From the NCBI GenBank assembly GCA_964016885.1, contig OZ024750.1:8804001-8868000 (forward strand): a stretch of 64,000 bases of DNA, given 5' to 3'. Positions 55,796 to 64,000 of the stretch are shown here, piece after piece (the first letter of the stretch is position 1; every line of letters begins with the position of its first letter). The position numbers were made by a program, and so were the translations under genes. The stretch comes from Eledone cirrhosa (lineage: Eukaryota). Below the pieces are notes generated by a model. The model was not told where the DNA came from. It saw only the letters and a program-made list of their open reading frames with translations, and searched no databases.

Positions 55796-55864
55796 AGGAT
55801 TTGATATATGACATACCGATTATTCAATTCCAGTATTGGCAGTACTGCCAATACTGGAACTGAA

Positions 55865-55895
<31 letters not shown>

Positions 55896-58800
55896 TGCGT
55901 TACGTGTATATATATATACACACACACATACATATATAAATATATATGTGTGTGTGTGTGTGTGTATATATATATAGAGAGAGAGAGATATACATATCTG
56001 TGTGCATGTATATATATATATATATGTGTGTGTGTGTGAAATTCTTCAGCTTGTGTTTCATTTGCTTCTTGCAAGTTTTTCTTGTAAAGTATCTGTTCTT
56101 CAAAGCAGTAAATTTATCCGAAAGCTATAAAATGGTGATAAAATAGTTTAATTCGTTAAAATGCAGTAAACACAGAATTGCATCAGTTTTCATCCCAGAA
56201 TACAAATTAGATAGTTCGAAAACGAACATTATATAAAATATTAAATATAAGATTGGAAGATGACATGAAATGATGGCGATATAAGAATCATTGTATATAT
56301 GTGAGTTTGAAAGCAGAAAGATAGAAAGAGTTTGAAAAGGAATGAGAGATAATGGGAGAGGAAGATTGAGAGAAAATGTGTGAAAATGGAAAAAGAGAGA
56401 GTGTGTGTGTGAGTGTGTGTGTTTTTAGAAGGTAGAACAGAAAAATAAACTACAGCAAGCCTATATTAATATTCATAAATATATATAAATATACGCAAGC
56501 ATGCCTAGATATTCAGCTATATCGTTATATCATGTTTTCTTTTACATAAGTTATTTGGAGGATTAATGGACGCCGAGAACGCCCTTCGCAGTCTCTCTGG
56601 GTACGAAGAGATCGGAGCAGTTAAGTTTGTCGAATCTGCTCTTAGATTAATATACAATTTCAAATGTGATTTTCGCAACCATTATGAAATACGACAATCT
56701 TTTGATTGAGCATTCAGCAAGCTTACATATATGTTATATAATCTAATGCTAACATCTTTAAATCAGGCATCTTTCATATGTTTCAAGAAAGAAATACACG
56801 TGTAGGAAAAAGCAATAATATTCAATGATTAATAACAAGTGTTCTCCTTCCTTCCATGTTGTTCTTTGTTTATTTTACCTTCTCATAATACCACAGCATG
56901 TGTTGTCACTGCCGATGTAATGATAAATGGTTTACTAAGTAAACATATGCGATTTACTTTAAACTAAAGAAATAATATCTTTTAGAGATGGAATCATTCG
57001 GAGATGTTATCAGCTTATGAATATATGTTGAGGAAAAAACATTGTTTATCATTGACGTAAATGTTTCTTAAATATAATTCAGGTTTCAGTCAGTGGACAA
57101 AATAGTTGGTACTGTAACATATACGGTGAGTTGGCAGGAAAGTTAAAGTGTCGGGTGTCATGCCTTGTGTTATTTATTGCAACACACTGTGTTCTGTGTT
57201 CAATTTAGGCCAAAATCAACTGTTCCTTTCATTATTCCGTGGTTGATGAATAACATTTAGGACAGTTGTATACTAGAGTCGTTATAGCATCGGACGGAAT
57301 ACTTTGCAGTATTTGTTCCGGCGTTTTAAATTTAAATCCAATCCGTGGTCTACTTGGGTGGTATCCATAAACCATCACTTCGGTTAACACTGCCACCTGG
57401 TGCTTTGATTTGGAGTTCACACTGTTTCAATCATTTTGTCCAGTTCTCCGAAGATTTGTCTGAAGGTACCTTTCCCACCTCTGAACAGTCTCACAATGTC
57501 TGAAAGGGATAAGGACAGTGCCATTTCTTCGCACAAAACATTAAAACCTTGTGATGGGAAATGAAAAGACCTCCTTCTTTCATGACTGAACATGTGTTCG
57601 TCTCCAGAGCACAAAACTGGGAAAGGTGTTTTGTGGAATATTAGTATGACACCTATTCATGACAGTCATCTCACTTTACGTCCCCGATGCTGTCCAAGGG
57701 TAAAGAAAATGCCGATGGAGCTTGGTACCGCCATCATAGCAACTCCTTATTTCACAAAAGGCATCCTAACAAACACTAGTACTATCATTATTATCATCCT
57801 TTGACTAATGGTCAATTTTTAATCTAAATATTTATGGTGGGGCTTCGTCTTTTTGTTCATATGAGAAAAGATGAGGGGGGCGGATGAAGAAAGAAGGAAC
57901 GTACTTAGGCACACAAAAAGAAATAATTAATGAGATTAAGGAATATATTGATAAATAAAAGTGCATAGGTGCCCGTATATGTTTTCTATTCGTTGAGAAA
58001 TTACATATTTTGTATATTCATTTTGATCCTATATATGATATTACTAGAATGATTACTTCCTAGGTGTTCATTATGGAAAGAGATTTAGCATCATGCAAAT
58101 CCCCGAAGCTGAAATAATTAACACTTTATCCTAAAGCTATAAGACAGGTTTCACATGATTATCTTTCTAGGGAAATCAATAAAAGATCTTTCCAACAGAT
58201 ATCGCAGAGTCTCTATAAAGGCCAGAACAATTTATATTGGCTTCTTCAGGGATTAACCAAAAATATCATGAAATAGTTTACTGTGATCCTTATACTGCAG
58301 TATTTATTTTCCCTTCCATAATATGTTTTCACTTTTGCACAATACACATGACACTATATACAATGACGCATATATGTATGCTAATCTTATCTCTATATAT
58401 AAATATATAATTACATAGTTTTACATATACATTGCAAAGTATTTAATATACGTATGCTGCACTTTCTAACAACGCCAATACGCTTGCAGTTGATACCATC
58501 CATTCTTCCGTGAACTCGGAATAGTTATCTATAACAAAGTATATATTTCTTCCGTAATCTTCTATACCAAACTGTCATCCACATGCAATCTCAGGCAAAG
58601 ACATTTCTTTACTTTATGAATAGGGGCCTGGAAAATATATTCGAGTGGACCCATGTCGCTCTTATCCCCTCCTACTCCTCAAAGCCCTAATCACTACACA
58701 TATTAAGACAACAGTATCACAGCACATACAAACTGCAACTGGAACTCTCGAGGTGATTTCAGTTGTAGGATCTTACGGTAACAAGTTATATCATCCGGTG

Positions 58801-59095
58801 ATTGTATAACTTGAAAGTTGATTGTATAACTTGAAACTGCATTTTAAAATCTTGCGTTCGTCTTCAGAAGCAGAAACTACTTAAACCTGCAACAACTACA
58901 AATCCTGCACATAACTCAAGTGGGACCCACAATGAAATACTGTTTACGTACATGTGACGGCGGTGCTGCTACACAGAAGAAAAACCATGACTGCACCCCC
59001 ACCCCAAACAAAAGGTCGTTACTGGTTAACATGAAGATGATATCGAAGAGAAAAATTATTTTTATGTTGCATTGTTGGTAATATTATTAATGAAA

Positions 59096-59287
59096 GGGCG
59101 GTGGATTGGCAGTATCGGTAGAGGATCGGACGCCATGCTTTCCAGCATAGTTACGTCCCTTTACGATCTGAGTTCAAATCCCGCCGAGGTTGACTTTGCC
59201 TTTCATCCTTACGGGGTCGATAAAATAAAGTACCAGTAATGCACTGGGTAATTGCTGGCCTTGTGCCTAACGTAGAAACAATTATTA
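59096..59287 (+). mobile_element. tRNA-derived SINE, full length, with 13-bp TSD
   Basis: TSD attattaatgaaa at 59083-59095 and 59281-59293. Confidence 0.95.
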
Positions 59288-60119
59288 ATGAAATTCAGTC
59301 GGTGTAATGAAACATTTTTGTGAATATATTGTCATCTTGTTTTCATATAGATTCAGAACAATATTTATATTATTATCATTTAACTCCTGTCGGCATATAA
59401 ACAAATTCACATTTATCACTGAGTTTTGTAAAATTAATTATTTAGCACAGTAAGCAGCGCTTCAGTCAGTCACAAAATTTGATTTTAAATGTCGGACATA
59501 ATATGAAAGCATGCATTAAAACGACAGGTGTTTATGGCACCAACAACTGAAAGGTACAGTAAGGCTTACTTATGAAACAATGACTATTTATGTTATTGGC
59601 CCCATTAACACACCAGAGGCCTCACGGATCACTAGTCACAGTTGATAGAACTGTATTAGAACTGCCGATAAAACACTTAAGTATGCTGATAACCCTCAAA
59701 CAATAATTTGGCATGAAGTCCACACGTGTTATATTGCATCAGGTTTGTAAATACACCTAGCTAGAATGATTGGGTGTCATTCTAGAGAATGAATTGGGAA
59801 TATATAAAAACGAAACGAACAACCACAATTAAATACGTAGCAAAATGAGGAATGTGAAAGCATCTCAAATACACGTTTCGTTTCAGTTATTATTAGAGCT
59901 ACAGTAGATATATCACCAGGTCTGGACCAAAGTATGATGGAGGAATTTGGATCCATGGACAAAAGAACGCAACTACTTAATTGTTAAGCTAAAAATTGCC
60001 ATGATATCTGGTAGGTTTAAAGTCTATAAATTCTGCTTATGAATCAAAATTAAATTAAACATATATCTGAAAAGATTCTATAATGGGTTTACAATTCAAT
60101 CAGTTGAGTAATTACATAC

Positions 60120-60168
<49 letters not shown>

Positions 60169-60648
60169 ATACACATTCACATCTACATACATTCATACAT
60201 ATGTGTTACTAAAATGTTGAAGTAAACGTCATTAACTTAATTGGTTGTCTGAAATCGTTCTTATACAAGAAGTAGATTTTTTTGTTTTACATTTTAAAAA
60301 TAATTTAAATGATCAAATATGGCAGATGTTTTAAGTAGCATTTTTTTTTACTTTCAATTACACACAATAATATCATCATAATCAAAACCTACTTTTTATT
60401 GCAAATCAAAATCCTAACATTATTGTTGTTTAACGAGAAATCATTAAAAAACAGGTTAATATAATCATGTTATGTATATTCAAAATGGGAAAATCAGCTT
60501 GTACTAGATGTGTCATCTTACAAGATTCTTTTTTTCTTTTTGTAAAATACAGAAATAATTCTTCACTCAAAGGTTTGAACTAAGACAAACAGATACAAAT
60601 CTTAGACACATTACAAATAGTTTCCTTAATATTTGTTTTGTTCTCTCA

Positions 60649-60790
60649 TACTCTAGAGTCCCGAATAATCGGCTCCCTTCCGCTGCTTATTAATTTTTCA
60701 AATTTTTTTTTCACCACCCCTCCTCTTATTCCACAATCCGCCGCCTGCTTATTGAATTTTGCTAATCTATCTCGGGTGAAATTTTATTTT
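60649..60790. mobile_element. Possible DNA-transposon terminus (Tc1/pogo-like)
   Basis: TA-CTCTAGAGTCCCGAATAATCGG start with repeated gcttatt/cttatt subterminal motifs. No partner TIR found. Confidence 0.3.
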
Positions 60791-61730
60791 AAGTGGTAGC
60801 ATTCCTGCAACAATTAATTTTGTTTAAACATTAAAAAACATTATACATGAAAAAACAAGTACATTACTAGAAATCCCATATGTTATAAAATAAGTAGGAT
60901 GGATTGGGATCTCAATATGTAAACTAAACGACTAATTCTGGTTTTTAAAAACATTTTTATCAATGCATAATGCCAGCAGATTTAATGTAAAGGAAAGTCG
61001 ATTAAATCAACCCCAGCACCTGACTGGTGCTTTAATGTATCAACCCCAAAATGATGAAAGGTAGAATTTACCTGAGCGGAATATAAACCTGACACGTGAA
61101 GAGCCAGAGAAATTCTGTCAGTCGACCTCCATAGTTAGAAATATTTATGTTCAAAGTGTTTCGACTATATTAAACAGCAGTAAAACACACAAGATATTTT
61201 GATGATACATATTTATATTTTCATTACATTTATATAAATATATTTGGTTAATATGTATTGTTTGGTCAGCTGAAAATGTCCATTTATCAATGCCAAACAT
61301 TTTGCAGATTAAAGAAATTTCGATATATCCCTGTTTCGGAAACCTGATTCTACATTTATGCTTTCAACAACATCAGATAACATGAGTAGATTTTTTTTTT
61401 TACTGATCCATAAAAAAGATTCATCAAGATGAATAGAATCTAATAAGACATAAATCACAAGAATATATCGCAGATCATTTTTGACCGACGATATTTAATA
61501 TAACTTTACAAAATATTTTCATTGTTTCGGTGAAGGAGGATTTTTTTTTCAGCTGCGTATAGAATTGCTTGATTCGTGGCTAACTATGATTTATAATAAC
61601 GCTTCACTAGAATCTGTTGTAATTATAAATAGATACAGAAGAGAGATGAATCATAAATATCTCTGAACGTATCACTATATGCATACTTTTTTATGAGTGT
61701 ACTTGAAATTCATTATTTCTTTTTTCCTTT

Positions 61731-61843
61731 TCAAATTCCGCCGAGGTTAACTTTGCCTTTCATCCTTACGGGGTCGATAAAATAAAGTACCAGTAATGTA
61801 CTGGGTAATTGCTGGCCTTGTGCCAAAAAGTAGAAACAATTAT
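61731..61843 (+). mobile_element. 5'-truncated SINE with 19-bp TSD
   Basis: Starts inside the B box. TSD attatttcttttttccttt at 61712-61730 and 61839-61857. Confidence 0.95.
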
Positions 61844-61914
61844 TTCTTTTTTCCTTTATTTCATATAAGCATTGGACATATCCTCGACAACTTATAATTA
61901 TTCCTAATGCACTC

Positions 61915-62060
<146 letters not shown>

Positions 62061-62999
62061 TTATGCTACTGGAGGTTTCAATGTTTAGTTATAACCACCA
62101 CCGCAGACTGTACTGTATGAAATAGTATAATAGTTCTCCCCAAACTCCTTCCAATCAAAGTTGAAGCTCTATAACATCGACATATTGAATTTCTTGCCAA
62201 GCATAATATTTTATAGGAGTATTATATTCTCGACATATTTCAAATAATATTGAACACATAAAATAAGTGGAAAGTCTAAACCGCTCAGTTTCAACTCAGA
62301 AGAAAATGTTACCGAACAAAAATATATCATTTTCTTTCTATAAATTTCTTGCCTATCTGAAATCTTATTTCGAATGTTTAATATATTGATTGCTCACATA
62401 ACAGTATTGTTATAGAACTTGAATATGTAATAACATTTTCACTTCTGCTCCCATTAGAATTATTAACGTACGATTGGTGAAAATACCTCAAGGGTAAATT
62501 GTAACAAAAACGTTTTTCAGCTTCCACAAACATGTTAACAAGTGTTGTTCTCTTGTTAAAATTATTACATTTTCTCTATAATTTTTCCTCTATTCCTTCT
62601 TTTCTCCTAAAGGAAATACATTCACATTAAGACCCGGAAGGCTTTCATACCCAGTTCATTATATATCTATACATAGAGATAGAGATGATACGCCGTGTAT
62701 CAAATTTATATATATATATAAAGTTTCCATCACAACAACATAATAGTTGTAAAGGAATACCATACGCCAATACACCAACACCCACCATACAAATGCAAGT
62801 ACACACAAAACAACTTTTAACACAATAAAACAACGCCAACCACAAGCAGATCAATCACCAATATTTCGTGTATGATTAACAAAACCTTAAACTCTTAACC
62901 AAGAAATAAATCTAAATCGATGTTAAACGTGGCAAAGAAAGAGAATAAGGTAATAAAAAGCAAACCACTAATGGAATTTGAATCATAAAGTGAACTGTT

Positions 63000-63400
63000 A
63001 GACTGTCAGGTCACACGTCACATGTTTATGGCATGTATAGATAGGTTGCTCATGTGGCTGGTATAATATTGGGTATTGATTTTGGCACCACCTAACTGCA
63101 TCTTTGATTAAATGCCTATTTTTGTTCGGGATGATGTATAATACAAAAGTATTGACCGTTAATGTTCTTCTGTCTAACTTTATTTTATGGTTACCTTGTG
63201 TTGTAAATGCCTGATGGATATTCAAAAGAGTGCTGCATGGTTTCATGAAGTTTACAAATTTCATTTTTGCAGTCGAATTTCTTAACCACATTGTTCGTTC
63301 TTAGCTTGTGCCAGGTGTGTAAGATCTTAAGTTGTTGTTAATTATCAGAAAGTATATTTCATTCTGAGTGTTCGATTGCCAGGCGTTGCTGATTTCGAAT
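63000..63400 (-). mobile_element. Possible decayed APE endonuclease fragment of an RTE-like LINE
   Basis: NKNRHLIK…HKHVT spacing resembles NxNGxxL…HKxTW. Degenerate. Confidence 0.3.
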
Positions 63401-63625
63401 TTCTCTTACAGACCTAGATCTTGATGGAAGCACAAGTACAACATCTTATTAACCAATAACTCTAACTTTGTAGCTTATTTTATGTGAATGAATTTCAATA
63501 ATTTTATATACTGGGTAAAAAATATAATGTTTTTATATTAAGTTGTATTTAATTACTTTCCTGTATGTTATTGACAACTTGTAATTCTATATAATTAATT
63601 ATTTCATATTTATATTTTCTTCTAG

Positions 63626-63725
63626 GATGGCCATTTGGCGCTATTTTGTGCAAAGCCACGCCCTATTTACAAGGTGTCTCGGTGTGTGCATCAGTTAACA
63701 CTTTAGCTGCCATTGCAATTGACAG
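63626..63725 (+). CDS. Internal exon of a rhodopsin-like neuropeptide GPCR (SIFamide/neuropeptide FF receptor-like), ECL1 to end of TM3
   Basis: Polypyrimidine tract and tctAG acceptor at 63625, AG|GTAAT donor at 63726. Translates (G)[33 protein letters not shown]: WxFG motif, conserved ECL1/TM3 Cys, phase-2 intron within the DRY arginine codon. [16 protein letters not shown] resembles SIFamide/NPFF-type receptors. Not in the ORF track because it is short. Confidence 0.9.
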
Positions 63726-64000
63726 GTAATAATTTATGTAATAATTTCTGTAAAGATTAAAGAAAAAAAACACAGGTTTTTATAATGCTGAACTAAACCA
63801 GAGACGTTTATATTGAAGGAGAGTAAATATTCACTCGGTAAGTCTAGAGAAAGAGAGTCCAGTAACAACCATTTGAAGCAGGGGAGGGGGATGCCGCCAA
63901 TGTTCCGTTAACATTATTTGATGTTTGACTTCTTTGAGAAAGAGTAGGGAAATCTAGACAGCCATAATTCAGTTTACTGTATATTTTATCAATATATCGA

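Noticed and set aside
56566-56710. 47-codon ORF MDAENALRSLSGYEEIGAVKF…
   Set aside because: Short, with no recognisable homology or splice context.
57080-57135. Possible upstream GPCR exon ending CNIY(G)|GTGAGT
   Set aside because: The apparent donor is the start of a diverged SINE head (ggtgagttggcag), and there are no TM2 motifs.
57300-57800. Minus-strand ORFs in a GC-richer island
   Set aside because: Probably an old LINE-derived fragment, but I could not identify a diagnostic motif.

Overview
AT-rich, microsatellite-dense animal DNA, almost entirely intronic or intergenic. The repeat content suggests an octopod cephalopod (inference, no database search). The only host coding sequence I can support is a 100-bp internal exon (63626-63725, +) of a class A neuropeptide GPCR (SIFamide/NPFF-receptor-like, ECL1-TM3-DR). 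The rest comprises >25 copies of a ~190-bp tRNA-derived SINE, fragments of RTE, CR1 and R4/Dong LINEs, two copies of a ~0.6-kb non-autonomous RTE-derived element, small MITEs, a 21-bp minisatellite and kb-long (TA)/(TG) tracts that generate most ORFs in the supplied track. The most notable signal is a set of Penelope-like pseudo-LTR remnants next to (TA)n tracts. Several form fold-back hairpins and carry minimal type I hammerhead ribozyme motifs, including a U3:A8 core variant inside a near-perfect 516-bp palindrome and an apparently intact CUGAUGA/GAAA motif at 46941-46995 (-). Coordinates of degenerate repeats are approximate.
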